NCBI RefSeq assembly: GCF_003790525.1
Contig: NZ_CP033635.1
DNA length: 64,000 nucleotides
Reading direction: 5' to 3' (one strand)
Source of the DNA: Escherichia coli
GTDB taxonomy: Bacteria > Pseudomonadota > Gammaproteobacteria > Enterobacterales > Enterobacteriaceae
Of the stretch, positions 27,945-39,527 are shown piece by piece. Numbering within the stretch: the first letter of the stretch is position 1; each line of letters opens with the position of its first letter. The notes below the pieces were generated by a model. It saw only the letters and a program-made list of their open reading frames with translations. It made no database searches and was not told the origin of the DNA. Made by a program: the position numbers and the translations under genes.

Positions 27945-30593
27945 ATGAAACTGAAAAAACTCCCCGGGTTTAGTTTAGGACTTATTGCTTTGGCGGTGGG
28001 TAATGCATAAACTGGATAGTTTATTCAGCACGATGAACCTAAACATGTTGTTGAAATAAAAGATGGAGAAGTAAAAGATATTGATAATGCGCTAGTTATA
28101 ACAACGGGTAATGGAAGTTACGGTGTATCTGTTGCAGGAAAGGGTAGCAATTTAACCATTAACAATGGCGTCATTGTAACAACGGGTGGTTTATATCCTT
28201 CTGGCAATAGTCCTCTAAGCACAGTATATACAGCTAGCGCAGTCGTAAGTGAATATGGCGGTGCAGTTATTTTGCAGGGTAATAATACGATTGTCACAAC
28301 GGGGGATTACTCAATTGGTTTGCTAAGTCAAACGAATGGAAACCTGAATACTGATACCATAATAAGAGTCAACACTGACGGTTCGGTTAACCCCCATTTA
28401 TCTGACGAAGGTAATACTTTTATTGTTACTGCGGGTAATCACGCAGTCGGCGTTCTTGCTTGTGCATCTCCCGGAAGCGCGCGTGCGTGTGTATCTTCTC
28501 TTGATGAAGAAAGTACTGCCGATACAGGAAGTAATGAAAATAACGCCAAAGCAAAACTGGATATGGCAAAAGGGGAGATAACAACCCACGGAACAGAAAG
28601 TTATGCCGCTTACGCTAATGGCACTGTCGTCAAGGCGGGTAGCAAGCTTGATTATACCAATGCCAGCGTTACATTAACCGATGTTGATATTACCACGCAT
28701 GGGGACAATGCTCATGCCATCGCTGCTCGCCAGGGGACTGTTTCATTTAACCAGGGAGAAATTCATACAACGGGTCCTGACGCCGCGATTGCTAAAATTT
28801 ATAATGGCGGCAAGGTGACGCTGAAAAATACATCTGCAGTCGCGCATCAGGGGGCTGGAATTGTGCTGGAGTCTTCCATAAATGGTCAGGAAGCAACGGT
28901 AGATATTTTATCAGGTAGCTCACTACGGTCAGCAAATGAAATCCTCTACAATAAAAATGAGACGAGTAACGTGACCATTACGGATAGTGAGGTATCATCG
29001 GCTGCAGATGTTTTTATTAATAATATTAAAGGTCATTTGGTCATCGATGCATCTAATTCAAAAATAACGGGTTCAGCCAATCTTTCAACAGATGATAGCA
29101 CTCATACCTATCTGTCGCTTTCAGATAATAGTACCTGGGATATTAAAACTGACTCAACGGTGAGCAAGCTCACGGTTGACAATAGTACGGTCTATATTTC
29201 CCGGGCAGATGGAAAGGCTTTCGAACCAACAAGATTAACAATAACTGAAAATTACGTTGGTAATAATGGCGTATTGCATCTCAGAACTGAATTGGGTGAT
29301 GATAATTCAGCTACGGATAAAGTCGTTATTAATGGAAATACCTCTGGAACAACCCGAGTTAAAGTTACCAATGCTGGCGGCAGCGGGGCTTACACGTTAA
29401 ATGGGATAGAGATTATCAGCGTTGAGGGGGAATCAAATGGAGAATTTATTAAGGATTCGAGGATTTTCGCCGGTGCCTACGAATATTCATTAACCCGAGG
29501 TAATACCGAAGCGACCAATAAAAACTGGTATCTGACTAACTTCCAGGCAACGAGCGGCGGTGAAACAAACTCCGGAGGAAGTTCAGCGCCTACTGTTGCG
29601 CCTACCCCCGTCCTGCGCCCCGAAGCTGGAAGTTACGTCGCCAACCTGGCAGCCGCTAACACTCTTTTTGTTATGCGTCTGAACGATCGTGCAGGTGAAA
29701 CGCGCTACATCGATCCTGTAACTGAACAGGAGCGTTCAAGCCGACTTTGGCTACGTCAAATTGGCGGGCATAATGCCTGGCGTGACAGCAACGGACAGTT
29801 GAGAACGACCTCGCATCGCTACGTCTCGCAGTTAGGGGCCGATCTGTTAACCGGTGGTTTTACCGACAGTGACAGTTGGCGTTTGGGAGTGATGGCTGGT
29901 TATGCCCGCGACTACAACTCAACTCATTCCAGCGTGTCGGATTATCGTTCGAAAGGGAGTGTCAGAGGCTATAGCGCAGGGCTGTATGCCACCTGGTTTG
30001 CCGATGACATCAGTAAAAAAGGCGCATACATTGACGCCTGGGCGCAATATAGCTGGTTTAAAAACTCGGTGAAAGGGGATGAGTTAGCCTATGAATCCTA
30101 TAGCGCGAAAGGCGCAACCGTCTCGCTGGAAGCGGGTTACGGCTTTGCCCTGAATAAATCCTTTGGTCTGGAAGCGGCGAAATATACGTGGATCTTCCAG
30201 CCACAGGCACAGGCTATCTGGATGGGCGTCGATCATAATGTGCACACGGAAGCCAATGGCTCACGTATTGAGAATGACGCAAATAACAACTTCCAGACCC
30301 GACTTGGTTTCCGCACCTTTATTCGTACTCAGGAGAAAAACAGCGGTCCTCACGGTGACGACTTTGAACCTTTTGTTGAAATGAACTGGATCCATAACAG
30401 TAAAGATTTTGCTGTCTCAATGAATGGTGTGAAAGTCGAACAAGACGGGGCGCGTAATCTGGGGGAAATTAAACTTGGCGTAAATGGCAATCTGAATCCG
30501 TCGGCCAGCGTCTGGGGTAATGTGGGCGTGCAGCTGGGTGATAATGGCTACAATGACACCGCAATGATGGTGGGCCTGAAATATAAGTTCTGA
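27945..30593 (+). pseudogene. ycgH: Autotransporter YcgH, interrupted by in-frame TAA (28008) and TAG (28017) after the signal peptide
   Basis: MKLKKLPGFSLGLIALAVGNA is followed by a stop. The same frame reopens at 28020 and runs to a beta-barrel ending VGLKYKF. Confidence 0.9.
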
Positions 30594-30650
30594 TCCCGCC
30601 ATTAGCTAAAAAACCGCGTCGATTTCATCGACGCGGTAACATATGAAATA

Positions 30651-30980
30651 TTATTTTTTGCCGATAGCACGCATGGTGTCATCAATTGCCGTGATCAACA
30701 GCATTTGCGGGTCTTTAGCGCAAACCTGATTCAGTTTTTCTACCACTTTGGCGCTCAGTTCCGGAGATTGTTCAATTTTTAAATCACGGCTGGCAACGCT
30801 GGCATTACCCATTACCGCAACAATTTCTGCAACCTGTGCGCTGTCAGTTTTTGCCATTTCGTTGGCTTCTGCGCAAGTAATATAGGTTTCTGACGGCAAA
30901 CCGTTTTTAATATTGTAGTCCTGCGCCCAGGTCATTGGTGCGAAAACAAACAGACCCGCCAGTAAAGCAAATTTTTTCAT
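30651..30980 (-). CDS. ymgD: Periplasmic protein YmgD
   Basis: 109 aa with a signal peptide, MKKFALLAGLFVFAPMTWA. Confidence 0.88.
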   Translation of the reverse strand: MKKFALLAGLFVFAPMTWAQDYNIKNGLPSETYITCAEANEMAKTDSAQVAEIVAVMGNASVASRDLKIEQSPELSAKVVEKLNQVCAKDPQMLLITAIDDTMRAIGKK

Positions 30981-30989
30981 CATCATTCC

Positions 30990-31334
30990 TTATTTCATTT
31001 TACCCAGAATTGCACCACCCGTACCGCCAATCACGGCACCTTTAATCGCCCCTTCGAGGCCATTGCCGGTCAGAACGCCAGTGACAGCACCAACGGCGGC
31101 ACCCACTTTTGCACCTTTACGTGCATTTTTACCGTCGCGGCCTTTTTCTGTTACTGCACCAACACCAGCGCCAACAGCTGCACCTTTCAGTACGCCATTA
31201 ACACCATTGCCAGTAAGTAAACCAACGCCTGCGCCTAGCAATGCACCTTTCGTGGTGCGATTCATATCCGCCATCGCTGGCGTGGAGCAGAACAATGCTG
31301 AGATAAGCCCGAAGGCAAGTATTTTTTTCTTCAA
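30990..31334 (-). CDS. ymgG: Glycine-zipper protein YmgG
   Basis: 114 aa, Gly/Ala/Val-rich repeats. Confidence 0.88.
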
Positions 31335-31809
31335 CTTAGATGTCCGGTATTAAGTAAGTTGCACACACAATAATTTCGTCTTCAATTAAGATCTGCTTAA
31401 CTAAAGAACGCTCGCTATTATTCAGATAATTCAAAATGAGCGTGACTGTGATGATAGGAATTATGTTTTTTACGGGAATAAGAATAATCTCAAATGAGAA
31501 ATAACTCATTGATTGACAATATTTTTATTCAAGAAGTGTCATTGAGTGTTAATACAATGTTGTAAAGGTAAGATAATCTGATTTATGAATATTATTGTGT
31601 GATTTTTATGTGAGCAGAAAATATTCATCAGCAATGATTACATTAGTCATTTTATTTTGCCGACGGCCTCATTGTCGAAAAATAAGCGTACAACAGTATT
31701 ATCAGAAAAGAGTGATTTTTTATCCAACTACACTTCAGCGCACTGCGTTTAAAAAATGCCTTTTCTTATGCGGGATATCATTATTTCATCATGATGTCTT
31801 TGATGAGCG

Positions 31810-32253
31810 GTGAACACAATACACCTGCGCTGTCTCTTCAGGATCAATCCCCTGGTCTGGTGCCTGCGGGCTGATGTTGCAGCAGAGCTAAGGTCACTTA
31901 GACGCTACTATCATTTATCCAATGGCATGGGGTCGAAATCAGTCGATACCCGCAGTATATATCGTGAACTGGGCGCAACGCTGAGTTACAACATGCGTCT
32001 GGGTAACGGTATGGAAGTTGAGCCGTGGCTGAAGGCGGCTGTGCGCAAAGAATTTGTCGATGATAACCGGGTGAAAGTGAATAATGACGGTAATTTTGTC
32101 AATGATTTGTCGGGCAGACGTGGAATATATCAGGCAGGTATTAAAGCCTCATTCAGCAGTTCGTTAAGCGGGCATCTCGGGGTGGGGTATAGCCATGGTG
32201 CCGGTGTGGAATCCCCGTGGAACGCGGTGGCTGGTGCGAACTGGTCGTTCTGA
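31810..32253 (+). pseudogene. ycgI: Autotransporter beta-barrel remnant YcgI
   Basis: Only the C-terminal barrel strands are present, ending ANWSF. There is no passenger domain or signal peptide. Confidence 0.8.
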
Positions 32254-32322
32254 CCATCAACGATTAAACTGCGCTTCGGCGTAGTTTTCGTTTACAGGGT
32301 GTTAAAAGGGAAAATTCTGCGG

Positions 32323-32349
32323 CAAAAAAAGCCCGCCAGTGACGGCGGG
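32323..32349 (-). terminator. Strong minus-strand terminator with no obvious upstream gene
   Basis: CCCGCC (32332-32337) pairs with GGCGGG (32344-32349). A 7-nt plus-strand A-run at 32324-32330 gives the U-tract on the minus strand. Confidence 0.6.
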
Positions 32350-32565
32350 AAACCTCATCCTATGGGAGAACAATGAATAATGAAATTGCGGGGTTATCAT
32401 CTCCCAGTATACCCATACTAACAATAAGGTTATTTACTCAGCCAGGTATAAACATTTTGTTCTGTGTGGGGGGAACGGCATTAAGGTGTAAAGGGGGGGG
32501 AAGCAATGAGTAGCATCAGCAAGAATACTCGCCGCTCTTATCAAACGTGGATGAGGGGGATGAAA

Positions 32566-32596
32566 AACTCAAGGCAGAGATGACTCTGCCTTGAAG
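32566..32596 (-). terminator. minE terminator
   Basis: A TCAAGGCAGAG/CTCTGCCTTGA hairpin followed by GTTTTT on the minus strand. Confidence 0.7.
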
Positions 32597-32619
32597 ATAA
32601 ATGCGCTTTTACAGCGGGC

Positions 32620-32886
32620 TTATTTCAGCTCTTCTGCTTCCGGCAAGGTCACGTTCAGCTCAAGAATAGAAATATCGCCATCTTTTTGCTCAAGCTGTAC
32701 GGTTACCATCTCAGGATCAATTTGTACGTATTTACAAATGACCTCAAGAATATCTTTACGCAACTGCGGCAGATAGTGCGGTTCTGCATCGCTGCGACGG
32801 CGTTCAGCAACAATAATCTGCAGCCGTTCTTTTGCAATGTTGGCCGTGTTTTTCTTCCGCGAGAGAAAGAAATCGAGTAATGCCAT
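32620..32886 (-). CDS. minE: Cell division topological specificity factor MinE
   Basis: 88 aa, [28 protein letters not shown]. Confidence 0.97.
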
Positions 32887-32889
32887 AAC

Positions 32890-33702
32890 TTATCCTCCGA
32901 ACAAGCGTTTGAGGAAGCCTTTCTTCTCTTCTTCAATGAAGCGGAAAGGACGTTCTTCTCCCAACAGACGTTCTACGGTATCTGCGTAGGCTTTACCCGC
33001 ATCGGCGTTAATGTCGAGAATGACCGGTTCACCCTGGTTAGAGGCGCGCAATACTGATTGATCCTCAGGGATCACGCCGACGAGTTTGATGCGCAGGATC
33101 TCCAGCACATCTTCCATGCTCAGCATGTCACCTCTGCTTACGCGGCCTGGGTTATAGCGCGTTAACAGCAGGTGCTCTTTAATAGGCTCTTCGCCATTTT
33201 CTGCGCGGCGTGATTTCGACGCCAGAATGCCTAAAATACGGTCAGAGTCGCGTACTGAGGAGACTTCCGGGTTGGTGGTAATAATGGCTTCGTCTGCAAA
33301 ATAGAGTGCCATTAGCGCACCGGTTTCAATCCCTGCCGGGGAGTCGCAAACGATAAATTCAAAATCCATCGCTTTCAGATCATCAAGAACTTTGGCGACC
33401 CCTTCACGGGTGAGGGCATCTTTATCGCGAGTTTGCGATGCCGGAAGAATATAGAGATTTTCAGTACGCTTATCTTTAATTAACGCCTGATTTAGCGTTG
33501 CATCGCCCTGAATGACGTTGACGAAATCGTAAACGACCCGACGTTCACAACCCATAATCAGGTCGAGATTACGCAGGCCGATATCAAAATCTATCACGAC
33601 AGTTTTCTTTCCCTTCTGGGCCAAACCAGTGGCGATGGCCGCGCTGGAGGTTGTCTTACCAACACCCCCTTTGCCCGAAGTAACAACAATAATGCGTGCC
33701 AT
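32890..33702 (-). CDS. minD: Septum site-determining ATPase MinD
   Basis: 270 aa. Deviant Walker A, GKGGVGKTT. Confidence 0.97.
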   Translation of the reverse strand: MARIIVVTSGKGGVGKTTSSAAIATGLAQKGKKTVVIDFDIGLRNLDLIMGCERRVVYDFVNVIQGDATLNQALIKDKRTENLYILPASQTRDKDALTREGVAKVLDDLKAMDFEFIVCDSPAGIETGALMALYFADEAIITTNPEVSSVRDSDRILGILASKSRRAENGEEPIKEHLLLTRYNPGRVSRGDMLSMEDVLEILRIKLVGVIPEDQSVLRASNQGEPVILDINADAGKAYADTVERLLGEERPFRFIEEEKKGFLKRLFGG

Positions 33703-33725
33703 AGAAATTCCTTGTTAAAAAGGGA

Positions 33726-34421
33726 TCAATTTAACGGTTGAACGGTCAAAGCGTTTTCAACTAACTGCAGTCGTGCCGCTTTGCCATAAAATTCTGCTGG
33801 GATTTGATCACTCAGCCAGTATTCACCTGCGATGGACACCAGTTCCGCCATCAGGTTCGTACAAAATATTTGCGTTTCCCGGTCACCACTTGCCCCTGCC
33901 AGCGCACGACCGCGCATCATGCCATAGACATGAATGTTACCATCGGCAATCAATTCGGCCCCAGCGCTAACGTGGCTTGTAACAATCAGATCACATTGTG
34001 GAGCATAAATACGCTGACCGGAACGCACCGGGGTATCTATTAAACGCGTTTTTGTGACCGGCGTTGTATTTTGCGCTGGAGCCTGCGGTGCGGGAGCTGG
34101 ACGCGGCGCTTTTTCCTTTCCTTCCGTCAGGATAGGCAGCCCCATTTTTTCAATTTCGGCTTTAAGTTGCGCATCTTTGCAGCCACTTACGCCAATAACC
34201 CGCAAACCGGTTGCCGAAACCGCCTTATGCATCGCTGACCAGTTTACCGGGTCTTCCAGTGCACTGACGTTGAGTACAACGGGGGCATGTTTTAAAAATG
34301 CGGGGGCCTGAGCGATTTTGTCTTCCAGCGCCTGATGGATAACCTTAGGTTCTGCCTCATGCAGATGAACCACAGATAAAGTGAAGCTACTGCCTTTAAG
34401 CTCGATTGGCGTGTTTGACAT
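33726..34421 (-). CDS. minC: Septum site-determining protein MinC
   Basis: 231 aa from [20 protein letters not shown]. Confidence 0.96.
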   Translation of the reverse strand: MSNTPIELKGSSFTLSVVHLHEAEPKVIHQALEDKIAQAPAFLKHAPVVLNVSALEDPVNWSAMHKAVSATGLRVIGVSGCKDAQLKAEIEKMGLPILTEGKEKAPRPAPAPQAPAQNTTPVTKTRLIDTPVRSGQRIYAPQCDLIVTSHVSAGAELIADGNIHVYGMMRGRALAGASGDRETQIFCTNLMAELVSIAGEYWLSDQIPAEFYGKAARLQLVENALTVQPLN

Positions 34422-34940
34422 CCTGGCCTTACTCAATTAGCTATTAATCATCGCCAGCGCGCGATGATGTTCCGAAGACTATAAGGCATGTTATAGTCTG
34501 GATTATATTGAGGCAAGTCACCCTCCCATTTATTCAGAGTAAAAGTCTATTCTGTGATAAATGGCGCTGATACATAGCTTAAAAAATACCCTTGTCAATC
34601 AACCCATTGCCGTCGTACTTTTGATTGTTCTTATTTACGCTTCCTTTTTCCGCACCCTAATCGTAACAGCATCTTCAGACCTGTTTAAATATCCAGTATT
34701 GAGGCGAGTGTATTTTTTCACCACGCCAGGCTTTCTTAACTTTCCATTTTTTGCGGCATCATTAAAGAACAGATACCCGTTATCTTAATATCCGCCACAG
34801 AATTGCTCTATCATAGAAACCGCAGAAGACGTCTGATACTTCTGTCAGGTCATCGTAACTCGTCCAGGTCAGCGGTTTTGATTACGGATTGATGATGAAA
34901 TGAGCATAAGTGTTGTACGGTTGGATTATCAGGATGTGCT

Positions 34941-35309
34941 ATGAATATGATGCGTATTTTTTATATCGGATTGTCAGGTGTGGGGATGATGTTCTCATCA
35001 ATGGCGTCTGGAAATGACGCTGGCGGACTTCAATCTCCGGCGTGCGGCGTTGTTTGCGACCCGTATATTTGTGTTAACTCAGATGGCATTTCCCCAGAGT
35101 TAACAAGGAAATATCTCGGCGAAAAAGCCGCTGAAAACTTACAATCAGTACAAGGTTACGATCCCAGCGAATTTACATTCTCTAACGGTGTATTTTGCGA
35201 TGTTAAAGAAAAATTATGTCGTGATGATCGTTATTTTGGTGTAGATGGTAAGCGGAGTGGAAAAATCAATCAAACCACCACAAAGATGTTATTTATGTGT
35301 CGTGAGTGA
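34941..35309 (+). CDS. ycgJ: Periplasmic protein YcgJ
   Basis: 122 aa, K-12 synteny. Confidence 0.85.
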   Translation: MNMMRIFYIGLSGVGMMFSSMASGNDAGGLQSPACGVVCDPYICVNSDGISPELTRKYLGEKAAENLQSVQGYDPSEFTFSNGVFCDVKEKLCRDDRYFGVDGKRSGKINQTTTKMLFMCRE

Positions 35310-35411
35310 TGTCTTGTTTACATGATGTTCTATTCGTCATTAACCTCTTGAGCGACAGAGAGGAGTGGGGCGTTAACGTTTATGACGGGGAGAGTCCCCG
35401 TCGGTTGACAT

Positions 35412-35813
35412 TTACTTAATTTGAATATCGACGTTATATTTTTTAGTTTTGTTTTTACGGGCGTCGTTTCGGGTTTGCAGCACTCGCAGCTCATATTTGC
35501 CAGAAGCAGGGAGTGAGTATTGTCCGTGACTATCGAGTTCTGGGGAATATCTGGATAAATCAACAGAATCATCGATTCCTGGCCCGAAGAGGTAAGTATC
35601 AGCGCCTTCATTAGAGATACTCACATGCACTTTCTGACCTTTTTTGGCATAGAAGGTATATGTATCGTAATCGTATCCCTTTATTTCGCCGGAGTACTGA
35701 GCGCTGCTATGGCCTTTTCTGAACTCAACATTGACATTCTTACCCGCAGCAAAGCTCGTGGAGGTTAGCAGTGCAAGTAACAATACAGCCTTACTGATGC
35801 CCTTAATTTTCAT
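35412..35813 (-). CDS. pliG: Inhibitor of g-type lysozyme PliG (YcgK)
   Basis: 133 aa with a signal peptide, K-12 synteny. Confidence 0.88.
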
Positions 35814-36022
35814 TGGTAGTCTCCTGTTCAGAATGAGTACGATGAACTGTTATAATATAACAATTCATCACAGGAGAATTCCAGTGGCTTTCCTGCGTTC
35901 GGTTAAATCCCGGCGCGGCATTTTTGCCGGGGGGGATTACTTATAAAGGGGGCATGGACTGAACAAACCGTAGGAATCTACAGCTGGCTGGCTTGTGGCG
36001 CGGGTTTCATTGATGTTAGCTT

Positions 36023-36349
36023 ATGCCAAAACCTGGCATCTTAAAGAGTAAAAGTATGTTTTGTGTGATTTATCGAAGCAGCAAGCGTGATCAGACCTAT
36101 TTATATGTCGAAAAAAAAGACGATTTTTCGCGTGTTCCTGAGGAACTGATGAAAGGTTTTGGTCAGCCTCAGTTAGCGATGATTCTTCCGCTGGATGGGC
36201 GGAAGAAACTGGTCAATGCCGATATTGAAAAGGTTAAACAGGCATTAACCGAGCAAGGTTACTATTTGCAGTTACCGCCACCACCCGAAGATTTGCTGAA
36301 GCAACATCTTTCCGTCATGGGGCAGAAAACAGACGACACGAACAAATAA
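36023..36349 (+). CDS. ycgL: YcgL
   Basis: 108 aa, K-12 synteny. Confidence 0.88.
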   Translation: MPKPGILKSKSMFCVIYRSSKRDQTYLYVEKKDDFSRVPEELMKGFGQPQLAMILPLDGRKKLVNADIEKVKQALTEQGYYLQLPPPPEDLLKQHLSVMGQKTDDTNK

Positions 36350-36420
36350 CCGATATCCGGCGGTGGCATTATCTTTGTCGGCGCGGGTTTTCATATCCAC
36401 GATAAGGTGAGGGGAACGTT

Positions 36421-37080
36421 ATGTATCAACATCACAACTGGCAAGGTGCGCTGCTGGATTATCCGGTGAGTAAAGTAGTCTGTGTTGGCAGTAACTATGC
36501 CAAACATATTAAAGAGATGGGCAGCGCAGTGCCCGAAGAGCCAGTGCTGTTTATTAAACCAGAAACGGCACTGTGCGATCTGCGGCAGCCATTGGCGATC
36601 CCATCCGATTTCGGTTCAGTTCATCATGAAGTCGAACTGGCGGTGTTGATTGGCGCGACGCTGCGTCAGGCTACGGAAGAGCATGTCCGCAAAGCCATTG
36701 CCGGTTACGGCGTGGCGCTTGATCTGACATTGCGTGATGTTCAGGGAAAAATGAAGAAAGCCGGGCAGCCGTGGGAAAAGGCTAAAGCGTTTGATAACTC
36801 TTGTCCGCTTTCCGGGTTTATTCCCGCGGCGGAATTTACCGGCGATCCACAAAATACAACGCTGGGCCTGAGCGTAAACGGCGAACAACGCCAGCAAGGT
36901 ACGACTGTGGACATGATCCATAAAATCGTTCCGCTGATCGCTTATATGAGCAAGTTCTTTACCCTCAAGGCCGGTGACGTTGTGCTGACAGGCACGCCTG
37001 ATGGCGTCGGCCCGTTGCAAAGCGGTGATGAGCTGACAGTCACTTTCGATGGGCATTCTTTGACAACTCGCGTTTTGTAA
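36421..37080 (+). CDS. ycgM: Fumarylacetoacetate-hydrolase-family protein YcgM
   Basis: 219 aa, FAH-fold motifs. Confidence 0.9.
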
Positions 37081-37156
37081 TACTTTTTGCCGCCTGAAAG
37101 CGGCGGCAAAACTTGCATCGCTGTGCCAGACTGGTTATAAGGTGCGTTTTAACGTA

Positions 37157-37618
37157 ATGGCGGAACACCTGATGAGCGATGTACCTTTCTGGCAAAGTAA
37201 AACCCTGGACGAAATGAGCGATGCGGAATGGGAGTCGTTGTGTGATGGTTGCGGTCAGTGTTGCCTGCATAAACTGATGGATGAAGACACCGACGAAATC
37301 TACTTCACTAACGTCGCCTGTCGCCAGCTCAATATTAAAACCTGTCAATGTCGGAACTACGAACGTCGTTTCGAGTTTGAACCTGACTGCATTAAATTAA
37401 CCCGTGAAAATCTGCCAACATTCGAATGGCTGCCAATGACCTGCGCTTATCGCTTGCTGGCGGAAGGTAAAGATTTACCTGCGTGGCATCCGCTGCTTAC
37501 TGGTTCGAAAGCGGCAATGCATGGCGAACGTATCTCTGTGCGTCATATCGCAGTGAAAGAATCAGAAGTGATTGACTGGCAGGATCATATCTTAAATAAA
37601 CCTGACTGGGCGCAGTGA
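37157..37618 (+). CDS. ycgN: UPF0260 Cys-rich protein YcgN
   Basis: 153 aa from [15 protein letters not shown]. Confidence 0.88.
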
Positions 37619-37824
37619 TAAATTTAATAGATGTTGATGGGGGCTTTCTTAATATACGTCTGGATACTCGCCATTTCGTAGCCCTGTTTTTGAAAGCGCT
37701 CTGTCATAATGAGAGTTACCCGATACCTTATTATCAACAGGTAACTCTCAATCTTTAAAAAACGTCTGTATTTTTAAATGTGATAAACTTTATACCTTGA
37801 GTACATGGAGAGAATAATCGCTTA

Positions 37825-38736
37825 TCAGACTTCAGGTACCTCAAAGAGTGTCTTCTTACCGTGTCTTTTCTGATACTCATTACAGGTGTTAATCATTTTT
37901 TTTGCCGCTTCTTTTAGCAAAGAAAGCATTAAATCATCATAATCAACGTAGAATCTGGTTGTTTCAGTTTCCGTTTTTATCTCCCCGATGGCGGCTATTT
38001 CGGTGGTTAATTTCAATTTGGCGGCATCGATATCTTTATTCGCTTGTTTAACCGTGTTAGACAGGGTGGTAAAGAAACTCTGCACAGATTTTAACTTGTT
38101 CTTCAATTCTGGAATCAGTTTCCCTTCAACTACGCCCGCAGCAATAGAATAGGAAATGATTAAACCAAATGGACCGGCGACGACACCGGCTGCGGCACCG
38201 GCATACGCTTCCTTCCTGATTTTATCTACCTGTGACTGGAAATAGCTGCTTTTTTCTGAAAAATCATTGGTTAACTGGCTATCTAACGCCAGCAGTTTCC
38301 CGGAAGCGTTGTTGAAACTTTGTGAGCTTACCAGCAGGGATTTTTGCGCTTCATTCAGCTTCGTGATACCGTCATCCAGTACCTTAATGAGAATGTCTTT
38401 CTGGGCGGATGCTTTCTTCTCATTGTACTCATCAAATAGCAAAATATACGCTGCGAGCAATTGCGTCGCAACACCACACCATTCATACACTGTTTGGGTT
38501 GCTTCAAAATACTTATCCTGGCTATCCATAAGTAAGGTTTTAATATCGCCAACTAAAACGGAGGCTGCCTGTGAATACTCCTGTTTAAAGCGACTTAACT
38601 CTTTTATGGTTTCATCAAAGGTCTGCCAGGGGATGACCTGATCGAGATATTTATTATAAAGATCTAATGCTCCATCTGCGGTTTCGATTGCGTTTTTAAC
38701 TACCTCTACCGTTTTATCTGCAACGATTTCAGTCAT
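37825..38736 (-). CDS. hlyE: Pore-forming hemolysin E (ClyA/SheA), intact
   Basis: 303 aa from MTEIVADKTVEVVKNAIETADGALDLYNKY, ending FEVPEV. Confidence 0.95.
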   Translation of the reverse strand: MTEIVADKTVEVVKNAIETADGALDLYNKYLDQVIPWQTFDETIKELSRFKQEYSQAASVLVGDIKTLLMDSQDKYFEATQTVYEWCGVATQLLAAYILLFDEYNEKKASAQKDILIKVLDDGITKLNEAQKSLLVSSQSFNNASGKLLALDSQLTNDFSEKSSYFQSQVDKIRKEAYAGAAAGVVAGPFGLIISYSIAAGVVEGKLIPELKNKLKSVQSFFTTLSNTVKQANKDIDAAKLKLTTEIAAIGEIKTETETTRFYVDYDDLMLSLLKEAAKKMINTCNEYQKRHGKKTLFEVPEV

Positions 38737-39068
38737 AATCATTCGCCTCTTTAAATATATAAATTGTAATGAAACTCCTGTTTTACAACTATTAAAGAAT
38801 TTTACATCATCTAATTCATAGTTAGCCGGGCGGGATGCGTCAATGTCTTTATTTCTATTAATATGATAAATATCAAACAATGTTTAATGTCATTATGGCT
38901 GATGCTTCTATTCTATTTTTTAGCCGGGTGATATTTTTCATTTCTGCTGGATGAGCGTCGTCGCCAGAAGGCGCGTGAGCACAGGATAAGATAACGAAAA
39001 ATCAGCAGTCTATGCAGCGACAAATATTGATAGCCTGAATCAGTATTGATCTGCTGGTAAGAACAGAC

Positions 39069-39088
39069 TACTGTATATAAAAACAGTA
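39069..39088. promoter_or_regulatory. LexA (SOS) box of umuDC
   Basis: TACTGTATATAAAAACAGTA (CTGT-N8-ACAG) ends 20 nt upstream of the umuD ATG. Confidence 0.9.
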
Positions 39089-39107
39089 TAACTTCAGGCA
39101 GATTATT

Positions 39108-39527
39108 ATGTTGTTTATCAAGCCTGCGGATCTCCGCGAAATTGTGACTTTTCCGCTATTTAGCGATCTTGTTCAGTGTGGCTTTCCTTCACCGGCCGCA
39201 GATTACATTGAACAGCGCATCGATCTGAATCAACTGTTGATCCAGCATCCCAGCGCGACTTACTTCGTCAAAGCAAGTGGTGATTCTATGATTGATGGTG
39301 GAATTAGTGACGGTGATTTACTGATTGTCGATAGCGCTATTACCGCCAGCCATGGTGATATTGTCATCGCTGCTGTTGACGGCGAGTTTACGGTGAAAAA
39401 ATTGCAACTACGCCCGACTGTACAGCTTATTCCCATGAACAGTGCGTACTCGCCCATTACCATCAGTAGCGAAGATACGCTGGATGTCTTTGGTGTGGTG
39501 ATCCACGTCGTTAAGGCGATGCGCTGA
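39108..39527 (+). CDS. umuD: UmuD
   Basis: 139 aa, S24 peptidase. Confidence 0.96.
   Translation: MLFIKPADLREIVTFPLFSDLVQCGFPSPAADYIEQRIDLNQLLIQHPSATYFVKASGDSMIDGGISDGDLLIVDSAITASHGDIVIAAVDGEFTVKKLQLRPTVQLIPMNSAYSPITISSEDTLDVFGVVIHVVKAMR

Noticed and set aside
31063-31353. 96-aa Pro/Ala/Thr-rich ORF on the plus strand
   Set aside because: It is the complement of the Gly/Ala/Val-rich ymgG coding sequence, so it is a compositional artefact.
31595-31813. 72-aa ORF possibly corresponding to K-12 ymgJ
   Set aside because: Neither its length nor its internal Met positions fit the 61-aa size I remember for YmgJ, and there is no clear SD. I left it unannotated rather than guess.
34561-34788. 75-aa ORF in the minC-ycgJ intergenic region
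   Set aside because: No SD and low-complexity hydrophobic translation. It lies in the region expected to hold the min and ycgJ promoters.
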